A stretch of 64,000 bases of DNA, from positions 4,172,265 through 4,236,264 of the forward strand of contig CAJINV010000007.1 of assembly GCA_905178155.1 (NCBI GenBank), read 5' to 3'. Positions 21,601 through 35,032 of this stretch are shown piece after piece (the stretch's first letter is position 1; every line of letters starts with the position of its first letter). A program made the position numbers and the translations under genes. The notes beneath the pieces are model-generated. The model saw nothing but the letters and a program-made list of their open reading frames with translations, ran no database searches and had not been told where the DNA came from. The DNA is from Amoebophrya sp. A120. Its lineage: Eukaryota; Protista; Dinoflagellata.

Positions 21601-22260
21601 TTGTCGTTGTGCATGCAGCAAGAAACGCGTTCCCCCCTCGTATCTTTTCATGTTGTCCTCAGTATAGTACTCCTCTTGCGGACCTTGAAATAGAAATCAG
21701 GGATCTGCTCCTTAGCGGGACACATCATTGTGTAAGTTGCGGCCGTTCATACACGACAGCAAGGACACGCAGCAGGAAACGGCAGAGAAGAAGACGGACT
21801 TTCAGAAGGTGAGCCAGCAAGCCATCGAGGCGAACGGTTGCCCCTCGACCGCGGAGGACTGGACGGGTTGGCACGATCTCATGACCAGCCAGGGCGCCGA
21901 TGAGAACACGGTGAAGGAAATCTACCGGGATCTGGCCCTGTACATTGAGAACGAAAAAATCGACCAGGAGTGGAAGAAAAAACTGGAACCGAACCTGCAG
22001 AAGGAACACGAGTTCTACGACGACGCGACCTTCTGGCGCCGGGACCTGCCCGGGGCAAGTCCCGTGCCCCCCGGGGAGGCCCCGATGCCGCCGCCGCCCG
22101 TGTTCCAGAACTACTTTGACGCGCCGCCACCGCCAAATGTGGCCGAAGTAGACGGCTTGGCGCACATCGACATCACCGGCCCGCCGCCCAATCTACAGGG
22201 ACCCGCAACGGTGAAGGGGAAGGGAGGGAAGGTATTTCGCCGTGTATGCAAAGAAAAGTA
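18607..22260 (+). CDS. Multi-exon protein with hydrophobic segments, C2-like and PH-like domains (RASP2/CERLI-like architecture)
   Basis: C2-like strands KILVEIVQAKDL…FTATVAF…FETD…MTIPQG…QIGALTV…GTLIVKF and PH-like FYFCVYESKK…ISSVKHV…EFTVKW…RDIIVEAL. Start codon and exon junctions are approximate; it may continue into the PDZ ORF. Confidence 0.55.
20179..20406. mobile_element. Diverged introner
   Basis: TIR tatgcacatggaaattca / tggatttcctgtgcata. Flanks do not match (gtgtt/ctccc), but element+5 nt joins ORFs 20015 and 20359 in frame. Confidence 0.7.
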
Positions 22261-22643
22261 GGACTAGGATGCTATATTTGTTAGGACTATCGTTTTTTTA
22301 GCTGTAATGTTCACTGTGTTGAGCGTGAAGACTCAGAGAGATGCCAGCACTGCATCGCTGCGCTCGTTATGAAAGTGCTGACAAATAAATTGATGTCCAA
22401 ATACCAGGCCGCCGCCAAAGGCACCCAGAAGCTTGGTCCCGTGATGCCGTCCGGCGGAGATCAACTAATGAAGGGCGCCGTGATATGCTGGGTAAGAAGA
22501 TCACTCTCGCTCTCAAACTCAATCTCAATCTTTTGTAAACGCAAAAGAAACACGAGTGTGTAGCCCACACCTGCTCTTCCTCTATATGTTTATGCATGGC
22601 TGCACCACAATCACAAATTCAGCTTGAGGGCGATTTTCCATAG

Positions 22644-24751
22644 GACACACGAAGAACCGGCAGCAACTCGCGCAGCAGCAGCTTCAGGTGCAGAAAAAGG
22701 GCCCTATCGGAGGCCAGCAGCCCGATTATGCGCAGCTCAACGCGGGAGTAGCGAACGCGCACCAGATGCGCAAGATGCACGCCGAGGGCGAGGCGGTGGA
22801 CGCCGGCGGAGGTGGAGGGTTTTTCGGTCAATTGGGCGGAATGATTGACGGTTTGTTCACAAGTCGCGGGGAGGGGGACGCACAGTCGCCGGCGAACTAC
22901 GGTACGGGTGTAGTACTCCAGTCCGGATACGACAGTAATTATGCGGGAGAGGAACATCAAGTCCAGCTTGTGCACCCCTTCCTTCTCCCCAAACTGATCC
23001 GTCACACTGGGGCCGCGGACTGGCCGGGTCTGGGGTTTACGGGCTGGGAGCAGAAGCAGGTGGATGACCAGGTGTTACATGACCCAAGCCTTTCCGGCAC
23101 CGACAAAATCGGGCACTTGTTCGGCTTTCAACTGCACTGGAACTCCTACCCTAAGCTGTTCGTTTCCGCCGTGGCGCCGAATTCCCGGGCGAATTCCGTC
23201 GGCGTGAACGTGGGGGACATGCTCCTCGCCGTAAACGGCCAGAGAGTCGGCGGGAAGATGTTGTTTCCAGTACTAGCAGACAGTGCGACAGGTGGTAGTT
23301 CACAAGTCTCTTCTTTCTCCCACCCGGATGACGCAGTCGCGAGTTTCATCATGCAGAGCCACCTGGAGACGGCGGCCCAGCAGCAGCAACAGCCGAAGCC
23401 GATCGGCAAGGCGAAGCCGGTCGCGCAAAATTTTGTTTCCTTCCTCTTTTTGCAGCGACGGTTCCAGAGCGAGTACTTGCAGCTGGAACTAACCGAGCAG
23501 GACTTGGGGCTTTCCGTGAACGCCAACAGCGCCATCGCCTACGTCCACCTGGGCGGCTGGGCCGGGCAGCACGGGCTGCGAGCGGGGGACGAGTTTTTGA
23601 TGGTCAACGAGGAGTTGGTGGTGAACAACCAAAATTTGCTCGAGCAGTTCTTGAACCAACCCCGAACCGGACACCCGCTGCAGCTTTTGCTGCGGAGAAG
23701 GGGTGGATTTGAGGAACAAATTTTCCAGCACGAGGCCTTTGTCGAGAAACCGCTTCCGGTGGATTGGGAGCAGGCGTTGAGCCGGCCCCACGACGACCGA
23801 CGGGAAAGTGTGCGGGATCCTACAACCGGTATGCCGGTCCTGGACTTGTCGGAACTGGAAAATGATTTGGAGGAAAAACAGCACTACAACGCAGAAATGG
23901 CCGGGGTGCTCGGAGCGGCGGCTAAATCAGTGAAGGGGAAGAAGGGGAAACAGGCGAAAACTGGTCTGAAGGGAACGAGACAAGAACCGGGATTCGCGGC
24001 CTTTGGCCTTGCTCCGGGTGCGGTAGCGGTCGCTTCGCCGAAGATGTTTGCAGCGCGAAATAAAGGCGGTGTGTTGTCGACGCCGTCTCCACCGAAGCAT
24101 ACTGCAGTTACCTTCTCGCCCGATACGTATCATCATGACGTTGATCATAGTCACATGTCGCCTGGAGGTGGAGAACCACACCCGCAAGAACTGCATGATG
24201 AACACCTCGCTCATTCGCCGCCGGCATCACATCTTCACAGCCCCCCGGCCGCAGGACTGCGGAAAAGCCCTCCATCAGCAGGAGCACATCTTCCAGGAAA
24301 GAAGAAAGGGAACAAGGGCAAAGGAAGCAAATCATCGCCTTCCAACGCGACCTTTTCTGCAAGTCCGAATAGCAAACTCTCCTCCTTTCCACCCTCGAGC
24401 CCGGGGCCAGTGAGTTCCAATTCTCCTCATAGCCCAGCTGGGGCGGGCGGAGAAGAAGAGCAGCCTTTTCACATCCCACCCCCGCGGCCCCCGGGCTCTC
24501 CTCCACCGAAGGGCGGCGGCTGGGGGGCGCTCGTCGGGAAAGACAAACGGGTGGAAGAAGAACAAAGACAAGCCGCGGAAGAGGAAGCCCTGCATGCGGG
24601 CGACCGGGCGCTGGAATTACTGGATCAACACGATAATGACCCGACCGGGAAGAAAGCGGCAAAAATGGAGAAAAAAGCCGGGAAGATGGCCAAGAAAAAA
24701 GGGAAGGGAAAGGGGAAAAAGAAGGGAGGAAAGCACCACGAGTCCGACTGA
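22644..24751 (+). CDS. PDZ-domain-containing protein (large terminal exon)
   Basis: FVSAVAPNSRANSVGVNVGDMLLAVNG and IAYVHLGGWAGQHGLRAGDEFLMVNE are PDZ-like, followed by a P/S/K-rich tail. The 5' end is uncertain. Confidence 0.7.
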
Positions 24752-25677
24752 AATTGGCCTTTTCCGGTTGCACTCTACGGTCTTTGCGACGTTTGTTTCT
24801 TGAAACTTACTTTTTGTTTCATGATCTTGTAAGATGATATCGACGTTTATTTCCTCCCTCTTGTACAGCGAACTACAAGGGAATGCGGTTCTGTTCACCT
24901 CCCGGTGCGCAAACTGTTTGAATGTACTTTACATGTGAACTCATTTTCAAGAAACAAGTTTCGAAAGTTACGAATATTACCCATGTACGAAAAACCAATA
25001 CAACACCTTGTATCATCTTTCTCTTAGCTATCAATCCCTATGGTTGCTTGTGGGCAGCGACGGGAGGTGACCAACACAAGCAAAAACGAAGGCCAAAGAT
25101 GCATGCGACGGAAGATCTGGAACTCGTCGCAAAGTTGTGCAAGATCTATGTGTTCAAGAACAAGCCCCCATTTGGCTTTCAAAGTTTTCGATGCATGCGG
25201 TCTCTTACTTCGCGACTCGTCGTTTGCCCCTGCCCTATTCCAGTCGCTTGCGTAAAGCAAGGTTGTGAAAAATCAAGCGAATTCTGTCTGTACCCCTCCC
25301 ATTACGAGGATCAAGTCTTGATGATTCTTAGTTTGTGATCATCTTTTCCAGAAGTATTTACTTGTACTTCTATTTAGATTCATCTGCTCGACTGCACCGG
25401 CCCCTTGTTGAGATACATACCTAGGAGCCTTGGTGCTTGCCGGTTCAGAGCATATAGTGAGCTTGTTGTACTTCAAGCCGTCTATATCTATGTACTTCTA
25501 GTTTGTCGATATTCACATCATGATTTTGTCTGGTGGAAGCGAAGTATTTTCCGGGAGGGGCAGTTGTCAAGGACGAATACTACACACGAATTAGGAGCAG
25601 AAAAACACAAGTGGACAAAAAGACACTTTTCTGGTTCATGGCCCGTTGCCAGGTTTTCCCATTCTTGCGCAGTCACG

Positions 25678-28600
25678 ATGCCTGAGGAGTCCGCTTCGCA
25701 CACTGCATCTTCAAGAACCCTGAGCGAAGCAATTCTGAAAACGGCAAGCAAGCAGAACGCATCGACCAGCACGACCACGATGGCGCCGCTCCAAGAAGGA
25801 CAACAGGGCGAAACGTCAGCCTTTTCCTCCCCCACGTCCACACCGGCACAACCGCCCCGCAGCAATGCTGGTGGCCGGACCCCAAGTAGTTCCTCAACCT
25901 CCCGCGCCGGCGCGGCACTTTTGCCCAACCCGTGGCGTGGACGCATGGTCCAGACACAGCACGACGGTAACAAGTGGGGACTGGTGGTTTTAGAAGATGA
26001 GGATAACGACACGCTGCACGTGCAAATTGGTTACGTGTCGCTCTGCTCCGCCCGAACTCCGCCGGCGTCGCCGAGTAGGAGGCCGAGCAAGGAAAACTCA
26101 AGGCGGTCGAGTAGATCCAGGGCGGGGTCGGCCGGCGGGGGGAATGGGACGCCGACTGCAGTGAGTAAAAGCAGTCGGAGACCGTCGGAGGTACTAGGTG
26201 CAAGAACCCGGTGAAGTTTGTGCCGGAACACTTTTTTTAATTTTCCTCGTGCCCTGGCGTGTCGTTTGGATTGCTACAACGTTGCCGCACCGACTCATAC
26301 ATAAACAATGTTGAACACCTACACAAACTCAAAGACTGATAGTGCGAAAATGTTTCTAAGTAGTCCGAGGAAAAAACACATCAAATCAGGACCAAACCGA
26401 CACAATTTTCAACGAGCCCACGGCTGGTGAGAAAGAGGAAGTCGTTCTGGTCAGCAAGAAAAAGATACTCAATTCTTCCTACGCACCGCTCGGGGTTTGC
26501 CTCTACACGAAAGTCGGAATAGGTGTGCTAGTCGGTTTCCGGCCGGAAAACGACTGCCACATACTGCGATTACCGCACAGCAGCACCACAGCTTACCTGC
26601 AACGGGACCAGTTGGTTGGGATAAGTCCCGCGTGTCCGGAACTTCCGGTGACAACGCCCTACGGGGTAGGCATCTGCGTGCGGAAATCGGAGAGTTATGA
26701 CACGTATAGAAGAAGTCGGCTTTTGCTCTAGGACGAGCTGTAGCTGCGAATTTATTAAATCGTTCCCTCTCCTTTGCAAAATTTCTTCCCCAGGAAGTTG
26801 AACTTCGAGATGGAGATCGTCTTCGTCAAGTTGTTCCACAAATGAAATAATGCCTAAACGAACCTACAGATGGACCATAAAGCTGAATCACCACGAGCAC
26901 GGCGGGACGGCGTACCTGAAGGCGGACAAGATCAACTGTGACGCACGCTTTGTCCCACTGGTCGAGGCTGGAAAGCGGAAATGGAAGCGCAAACAGTGGA
27001 AGACCTACACGCTACTCGCGAAACTGCAAAAAGTCGCACAGGAGTCGGGCGTCATCGAAAAAATCACCACGGCGTATGAGGAATCCTCCGCCGAGTTCTC
27101 GTCCGTCTACGACACGGCCAAAAAAGCCTGGGACACCACCGTTGACGTCGTCGAGAAAGAGGTCGTGCTCCCGACGATAGGGGAGACTTTGACAGGTGGA
27201 TCTCCTACTACTTCCCCAGGCAAAGACAGCGAAGTTGTAGACAAAAGCGCAGCAGCACCGGACGGCAATGTCGACAACCAGGATCCGCTTGTCGCGTCCA
27301 CATCCAAATCGCCCTCCCCCCCAGAGTCCGGAGAGGAAAACGCCTTCAAAACGCCGCCCATAGACGACAACGAGCTGCAGTCCGCCGAGGAGTCCTCGCC
27401 GGAAGAGAACGACGACGGTACCATTGTCGACGGCCAATTTGTATGCATTGCAAAAGTATCGTCCTATTTCAAGTATCATGAAGCGCATTACAAATTTGCT
27501 CAACACGACAAATAGAATTTGTCGTGCTAAATTGCCTAAGTACCCTGATTTGTAATGCAAGTCTGGCATTTATACGACTGCGATACTCTTGCAGTCCATA
27601 ATTTGCCGACGCGCAGCAGGGGGACGAGGAATTTGTCAAAGCGCAAAAGTACGTCGAGGAAGAGGCAGACCGGCTGAAAAAATTGGCGGAAACGAAGCTG
27701 GAGGAGCACGCGGACATTGTCCAGGAGGTGTACAGCCAGATCGACAAGTTGGAACACCAGAAGGAGAAAATGTTGGAGACCATGGCGGAATTTGGGGAAA
27801 AGGCAGCTTTGGAAATTGGGAAGGACGAAGACGTGAAGGAAGTGGTGAAATTAGTGGAACAGGCGAAAGATGAAGCGGCGCAAGTATTTTTTAGCATGTA
27901 ATTACGGATTTGTTATGCTTGCTGCGAGTGCGATGTCATCGATCGACAACCACGAACTGCAGGTGCAGGTGATAGGAACCGTGTTTCAACAGAGAAATCA
28001 AACGAATTTGCTTTTGCATGGTTCGCAAGATCATGCAAAAGTCCAAAAATCATGCCACCCGCTACGAGAAGCGGACACAAATACCACGTAGGAATATAGT
28101 GCTCATGAAGAACCGCGAAAACAACATCCAAATCAGGTCCTCGCCTCCGAACTGGAGAAGGGCGCGAAGGTGTACGAGTCCTCCAAAATGGCCAACCTGG
28201 TCAACGAAACCTCGAAACGCCTCCAAGAAAAGCTCGACTATGCATTGCAAAAGTATCGTACTCGTATAAATGCGAGTCTAGCATTACAGATCTGCTTTCT
28301 TACCTGAATCTGCATGACAAATTTCACTTTTCTTCTATGAAAAATTTGTCATGCAATTCATACTAGTACGATACTTTTGTATTGCATATCGACAAGCTGT
28401 CTGCGATTTCCGGACAGAAGTTGGAAGAAATCTCCACCACGCCGGAAGCGAACCAGCAGGGCCAGCAGCTGAACAAGGGACTGCAGGTATCCTGTGTAAA
28501 AACGTCCCCACCCCAGAGTTGTCATGCAAATGCGCAATGACAGAAACGCTTGTAATGCGCATCTCCTTGAGAGGCATTTCCAGTCGTATTTTGGAATTCG

Positions 28601-31600
28601 TAATGCTGTAAACAGGATGAGCAAGTGGCTTTCTCATGCGGCTTTCCTTGCTAACCAGCACTACACTGCAGATAGAAACTTGTCATGCAGAAGTCCCAAA
28701 ACTTGGAAATTTGTGTTGCAGGTTTCCCATCTTAGATCTGTGATGCTTCGGAACTAGCTAAACAGGATTACCACACTACGAGGACAAATTTGTCGTGCGA
28801 AACAATCAAAGCTGGTTGATTTGTCTAGCAGATTTCCCATCTTGACTAGGGGACTTGTCAGATTTTGATCCGTAGGGGGTTTTCGTAAAAGATCCGTAGG
28901 GGTTTTCGTAAAAGAAAGTCAAATAGAGGTAAGATTCGGTGGATAGGTAAGTGAGAGTCGGTTATTCGTGTTAGGCCGTAGAAGGTTGCCACGTCGTTAG
29001 CGCAAGGTTTTGACTAGGTATGAAAACAAATAGCAACAAAATAAAAGCCACAACAAAGATACCAGCACCTCCCCGATGAAGGGGAGGTGTTTGCATAATG
29101 TGCCTTTCTCTCATTTCCAAAATCTTAGACTCTCTTTTTTTTCTGATTAGGGGGAAGTCCTTGCATGAGGTCCGAGTTAAGACACATATGCATAAGCTGT
29201 TCCAGGTCAAGGCAAAAGTCATGGATAAAAATGCAGAGGGAGCATAGGTGTTCTACTTGTATGACAGGTGATAGACCGCGTCTGCAGGTTTCGATTAACA
29301 AAAGACTCTGAATGCGTGGCACTAAGCCTTCATGCGGGTAACAACATCTGGAGAAGGATTTACATTTATGGAAAAGACTTCAGCTGCATTTTTAGAAGTG
29401 AAAATATGTATGGGCATTGGCTTGGAAGAGCAAATATGTATGCAAAAGCTCCACGTGTGAAATTCAAGAAGTGTCTTAACAACTAGAGGACGAGACTTCG
29501 CTTGGATATTGGGGCAAAAAAGAGAAGCAAGCGCGGAAAAGGCAATGAAAAGAAAAGAGGCGCCAGGTACGAATGGGTCTGCGACCTCCTTGCTATCGTG
29601 TTGCCGCACCATAGCGAGGTAAGTGTCAGACTCACGGAGCTAGCCTGTTTATCGGAGCAGCAGACCAAGACTGAAGGGCTGGACGGGAAAGGTATTGACG
29701 TTTGAGCGCTCTGCGCCTGAAACGTCACACATAGCAACAGAGATCAAACGGGCGCCACGATTACAAATTTCGCCGATGTTGCTATCTGGAGGCAAATCGC
29801 AGTCGCATCGCAACCCCGGGAGAAAATATCAAAGACAAAGATGAGAAAAGGGAAAGGCACGCAACTAGGTGAAGCGCACTTTTGTGCATCTATTTCTCAT
29901 CGAGTCCAGCAGAATGAGCCAAGGACACCGCCACCAATCCGTCAGCGGCCGCCCCAGGGTGGTAGGTGTCGACCAGACCGACGGCGATATATTCTGCTGG
30001 GTGTGGGATATAGATTGCCAAAAGAGGAGGGAAGTATGTCAAAATATGCATGAATTGAGTGTGACTCCCGGTAGGGAAGAGCACTAGTGAGCTTGAATTA
30101 CCTCTAAGTATTTGAAACTACAGTTTGGCATGCAGAGGTAAGGCAAGCTTGCGCCACCGATCTATGGGAGGCCCGGATAATTATTGAAACTGGAAGTGAA
30201 GTTGTCATGCATGACTTTGTATTGACTTGTATGAAGAGCCTATGCACCGTGTAGGGCTAAGATTTGTATGAAAAAGAAATTTGTATGAACGCTTCCAGGT
30301 GCGATAATTTCTGGTAACATTCTAGCGGCAATAATAGTACCAGTCTGGGCCTCTGCAAGGAGGTAGGAAGACATACTCGAGGCAGGGCGCCAACCTCTTT
30401 GCGTGCTAGGGCCGAGGCCCCTTTTCCTTTTCTCCAAATTTTTTTTGCATGCGGGTAGCCGTGTATGTGTGTGATGCAAAAGAACAAAAGTTGTTCGCGC
30501 GTGGGAGCGCATTAGTAAGCACAACGGGTGGGTGCCGTTCTCACCGTAACACAAGCCCAGAACAAGAACAAGAACAAGCGAATCCCCTCCCGCAGGCAAA
30601 AAAAAAAAAGTTTCCCATCTTGAATATGGTGTGGGGACGTTTTTACGCAGGATAGCAGGACTTCATGGACCGGATTGCGCAGAAGAACGCGGTGTGGCAG
30701 GCCAAGGGCACGGCTTTGTTCGGTTCGGTACAACGACGGTACTTGGCCGGCCCGGACGGGTGGATCGCAAAGACGAGGAAAAAGTTACAACTCGTTTTAA
30801 AAGAGGACCAGCTCGGGCTGAAACAATGGGATTTTACCACCTACACGAACTCCTTCCAAAAACAGGCGAACGAATTGAACACCGAGGTAACAGAATCCGC
30901 TTTCGGAGAGCAGAAGGAACGGGCGAAATTCACCAAGAAAGCAGTGAATTCCGCGGCGGAGCAGCTGGTGGCGATCGCGAAGCCAGACGAATCCGCAGCG
31001 GAGCTGTTAGCGAAATTGGACCGAATGCGGGGAATGGATATGCTAGAAGCGATAGATCTGCAGGGTAGAAAGATGAATGTTGTGGCTTTTATGCCATTAT
31101 GGTGCTCCTACAGCACCAGGACGATCGTTGTGCCTTTTGATGTTTGCTATTGATTAATCAATGAATGAGGCCTGCGCTACTTCCGCTTGCGAAAAGCTTT
31201 GTTTTAACAATCCAGCGTGTGAACAAAAAAAAAGGTATCCTCGACAAGGCCGGCATCCACGTTCCTTCGTATGTGGCCACCTACTTCCAGGAAGACAACA
31301 CCCCAGCGAGCACAACTTCTCAAAACGACGACGATTTCAAGTTCGACGTGTCCACGCTTACCAACGCCAAGGGGGAAAAAGTCCTCCAGAAGGTGCTCGA
31401 CGACCAAAATCTTGTCGGAAAGGCGCAGGAAATGGTCGGGCACGTGGAGGGGGTGCTAGATAAAGTATCCGACCTGGCGCAGAACAAGACGGTGCAATCC
31501 TTGCTCCAAAATGTGATCGGAACTAGCAACCAAACGGAGCAGCAGATCGCCACGTATGGCACAGACATGGGGGAAACGTTGATGCAGAAACTGGAGACGA

Positions 31601-34081
31601 TCGACGTCGACGAGGCGCTGGAAATGACAGAGAAGACGTTAGCGGATCTGCAAGACCCAGTCAAGCGCGCACAGATGGTTGACAATTTGGTCGATTCTGC
31701 GGTGGACGGGTTGATGTCGCTTTTGCCAAAAATTCACATCGACAACATGGAAGGGCAAAGTCACGACTTCAGCTATCTGGTCGGAAATATCGACCTGGGC
31801 GGTTTCAAACTGCGCAAGGAGTGCGTCAACGTGAAGATAAACTTTGAGACCGCCACGACGGAAAATTTGCAGGAAGGGTAAGTTTGTATACATTTCACCT
31901 GGCTGCAGCACTCTATTTGTGTTTTACGAAGATTTTTCGTCTGCAAGGTCGTGGTGCGAGCTAATATGTCTCCTGTGAAGATGCAAAGCAACCTCATCGT
32001 TATTGTGCAAGTAGTACGAGACTCTTACACAGTACTAGACCGACTTTATTTATTACGTATCCAGGTTCGAGCTGGTTTCCCTGCACGCGTGGAACATGTC
32101 CTGCATCCTGGAAAAGGTGCACTTCAGCTTCGAGCAGCAGAATTTTCCCTACCTCAATGGCGAGGGGATCGCGAAGTGCTTTGCCTCGGACATTTCCCTT
32201 CGCCTCGGCTTTTCCGTCCGCTGGAAGAATGGGGCGCCGCAATTATACATGAGCCGAAGGATGGTCGTATCCAGGAAAAAACACCCATCCCCATCCCTTT
32301 TCTGCATGACAAACACTGCAACTCATGCATGTTTTGCATGACAACTTGGATGGGACTCGGTGTTTTTTCCTGGATAAGTCGACATCGACTTCTTGACCAT
32401 GGAAATCGAGGAGTCTTGGTTTTCCGCTCTGTACAATGTTCTGATTTCCGCGTTTTCCAACTTGATTCGCAACTACGTCAACGACAAGATCGAGGACCAG
32501 ATCGACCAAAATGTCGGGCTGCTGACCGGGTCTTTGGACACACTACTCACCTACGACGCAGTGAAACCCTGGCTCGCAAGTCTAGCGCCAAGGGACAAGG
32601 ACGGGAAGATTCTCCCCGAAGTGATACCCGTCAACGACCCGAGTAAAGAGGGTGCGGCCGACAAAAACCGGCTCCCGCTATCCAGCGAGCGGCGCGCGCT
32701 CGCCGAGGCGAAGAAGAAGGAGCAGGAGGAGTTACGGAAGAAGCAGAAGAAACTCGGGTCGCCGAAACAAGGCGCGTTGTCGCCCTCGAGAAAGATCGAC
32801 CCCAACGCCTACTACCAGTTCAAACCGGAGGGCAGAACGGTCGGGTTCAGCGCAGGAAGTGGTGCCAACAATTCAGGGCCGAATTTTTCAGGTCAGCAGC
32901 AAGCGCAAGAGCGGCGGTCCGAGCAGGAGTCGCTTTCGGATTTAGCGTCCGCCCTGGCGCAGATGACCGTGATGCGCTCGATGCTAAAGTCGTTGAAAAC
33001 GGGAAAACCGGTGACAAAAGGGCAAGTGCAACAGGTTCTGTTCTCCGCTCTGTTCGCGGTGGAGGACGAAGCGGTAAAGCAGTGTTTGTCGGAAATCCAC
33101 GAAATGCTAACCAGGGTGAACAACAAAACTAGTAGTTCGTCGTCGAAACAGCCTAGTGCTTCTTCCACTTCCGGAAGTAGTACCACCGCCGACGGAGCTT
33201 CATCCAAAGACGCAGCTGGCGGCGGTCTGTTCGGGCGTGTGGGCGGGTTTGTGAAATCCGCTGTTTCCACCGCAAGCGCGGCAGTTACCTCCGCTTCTTC
33301 CCCCCAGCCGCAGAACGCCACTGCTGCGAGCATGCAGGAGGTGATCTCTGGGGATGAGAGGAAACAGCTGATTTTCGCGCTTGGTTTGGCGCTTTCCTTA
33401 CCCAAGTTTCAGCAGCCGACTTTGCAGGTGCGGGAAATGAACAAGAAATGTTTAAGAAACCGGAAGGAACAGGACCCGAACAAGTTGATTCCTCTGTCCG
33501 AACTCCGGGAGTTGACGATTTTGTGGTCGGATATCCAGGAAAAAACACCCATCCCCATCCGATTTGTCATGCAAAACATGCATAAAGTCCACTATTTGTC
33601 ATGCAAAAAATGGATGGGGATGGGTGTTTTTTCCTCGATATCGGATTTCAACCGGAAGATGATGGAAGATCTGAACGCGCTGAAGGAGAAGGCGACGGAG
33701 GAAGTGGACCTGATTGTCGTGAAATCCGCGAAGTTCAAAACCGTTGTCGGGAACTTGAACATCTGTCAAGACGCATTGCTGAAAATCAAGATGGACCTCA
33801 CTAAATCCAGCCAGTTGCGGGACAGAAGACAGTTAGAAACGATCATTTTGCACTTATTGGATGCGATCCGGTGTCACACCGACGGGTCGGATTTGTTGCA
33901 CGAGCTGACCGACGAACGGCAGCGGCAGAGGAGGAGCCGGGGAAGGACCGGGTCTGCAGGTAGCCAGTCCAGCATGACGAGTCAGGCATCCACACCCGCG
34001 GGAGGCGGCAGCCCGGTCGTGGGTGGTATGGGAGGAAAAGACCACCATATGCTTCCTGGGGCTGCCGGGGGAAAGAAGTGA
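25678..34081 (+). CDS. Large multi-exon coiled-coil protein with a possible BPI/TULIP-like segment
   Basis: Co-oriented exons joined in frame across introners at 27442, 28239, 28488, 32268 and 33532. FSFEQQNFPYLNGEGIA…EESWFSALYNVLISAFSNLIRNYV is reminiscent of BPI-like folds (inference). 5' exons are uncertain. Confidence 0.55.
27442..27600. mobile_element. Introner, family D
   Basis: TIR tatgcattgcaaaagtatcg / cgatactcttgcagtccata. Direct repeat atttg. Removal joins GQF|ADAQQ. Confidence 0.9.
28239..28388. mobile_element. Introner, family D
   Basis: TIR tatgcattgcaaaagtatcgtact / agtacgatacttttgtattgcata. Direct repeat tcgac. Removal joins KLD|KLSAI. Confidence 0.92.
28488..30654. mobile_element. 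Introner, family F, expanded to 2.17 kb by a nested insertion
   Basis: 28-nt TIR tatcctgtgtaaaaacgtccccacccca (2 mismatches). Direct repeat gcagg. Removal joins GLQ|DFMDR. Homologous to the 338-nt copy at 57656. Confidence 0.9.
28846..30610 (+). mobile_element. Nested ~1.76-kb non-coding insertion with A-tail and 13-bp TSD (possibly retroposed)
   Basis: tttcccatcttga at 28833-28845 and 30611-30623; A12 at 30598-30609; absent from the short family-F copy. Confidence 0.65.
32268..32376. mobile_element. Introner, family G (109 nt)
   Basis: TIR tatccaggaaaaaacacc. Flanks ggtcg/agtcg. 109+5=114 nt, frame restored. Confidence 0.92.
33532..33640. mobile_element. Introner, family G, inverted relative to 32268 copy
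   Basis: 29-nt TIR tatccaggaaaaaacacccatccccatcc. Direct repeat tcgga. Interior is the reverse complement of the 32268 copy. Confidence 0.92.
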
Positions 34082-35032
34082 AGCCTTGGTTTTTGTTGTT
34101 TTCGGGGCGGAGCGATGTCGTGAAGCAGATTTTGATCCTCGCGGCTCTAATGAGATACCGAGCTGATGTCTGCCATGGTGAAATTTTGATTTTCGAAGAA
34201 AAGACTAAAATGATCATGAGTAAGTAGAGCTTCATCTTCTGAAGACTCCTACGCGCTTTAAGCTTCTCCCACTGTTTGGTGTCGAAAAAGACTACGACCT
34301 CCAATCGTGTTAGTTTGAAATCGGCGCATTTTGATTTCTTTTCACACGATGGAGAAAAAAGAAAAAACTACTCGAGCGCAAGAAGCGTAAGCGACGTAAC
34401 AGCACCATCACAGCCCGGGCACCTAGGGCTAGGCGTAGCATCGCTGGACATCATGAACATGTCAAGCCAGCGCTTACTAGGCTTCTCATGCGTCAAAGAT
34501 GACTGATCAACATGTCCTAGTCCTCCTTGTGTGGTCTATCGAGCTTACTTGCTTTGCTGCTTTGTCTTCTCGCGCTTGCCCATGTCGTGTAATAGATTAT
34601 CGTACTAGACAAGATTCTCAACGGTCCGCGCTCAGTTGTCGTACGAACTTGCAGATGTCGTCCGAAATCGTACCACAGAATGCATTGTCCATTGATTTCT
34701 TCTTCAGTCGTACACTTCATCGTGCGCCGTCGCGATGCATGCGAGTCCTCACTTGTATCGGACCCGAAGTTTCGGAGGTTCTTCACGCTGAAGTTCCTCA
34801 ACAAGTCTCCTCATTTTGAGTAGGAGTCTCGCGTGAAATACGCGAACACTGTAAACCGTAAGGAGAAGCACCTCCACAGAACTTTTCCCCCTCTCTCTTC
34901 AGTGACAACAGTTAAGTTTGTGCTACTTCACTACTTTCCTGCTGACAAAGTTTAACTTCTACTTTTTGATATCGCTAGTACCGCCGTAGAGTGCATCAGT
35001 GTAGTTCCTGCCCTTTCCTCCTCCTCCAGAAG

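Noticed and set aside
28868-28900. ccgtag as a dinoflagellate spliced-leader relic
   Set aside because: Only 6 nt match; the rest of the leader (CCATTTTGGCTCAAG) is absent.
28846-30610. Autonomous introner transposase or Helitron
   Set aside because: No long ORF or DDE motif is visible, and the 13-bp duplication with A-tail does not fit a Helitron.
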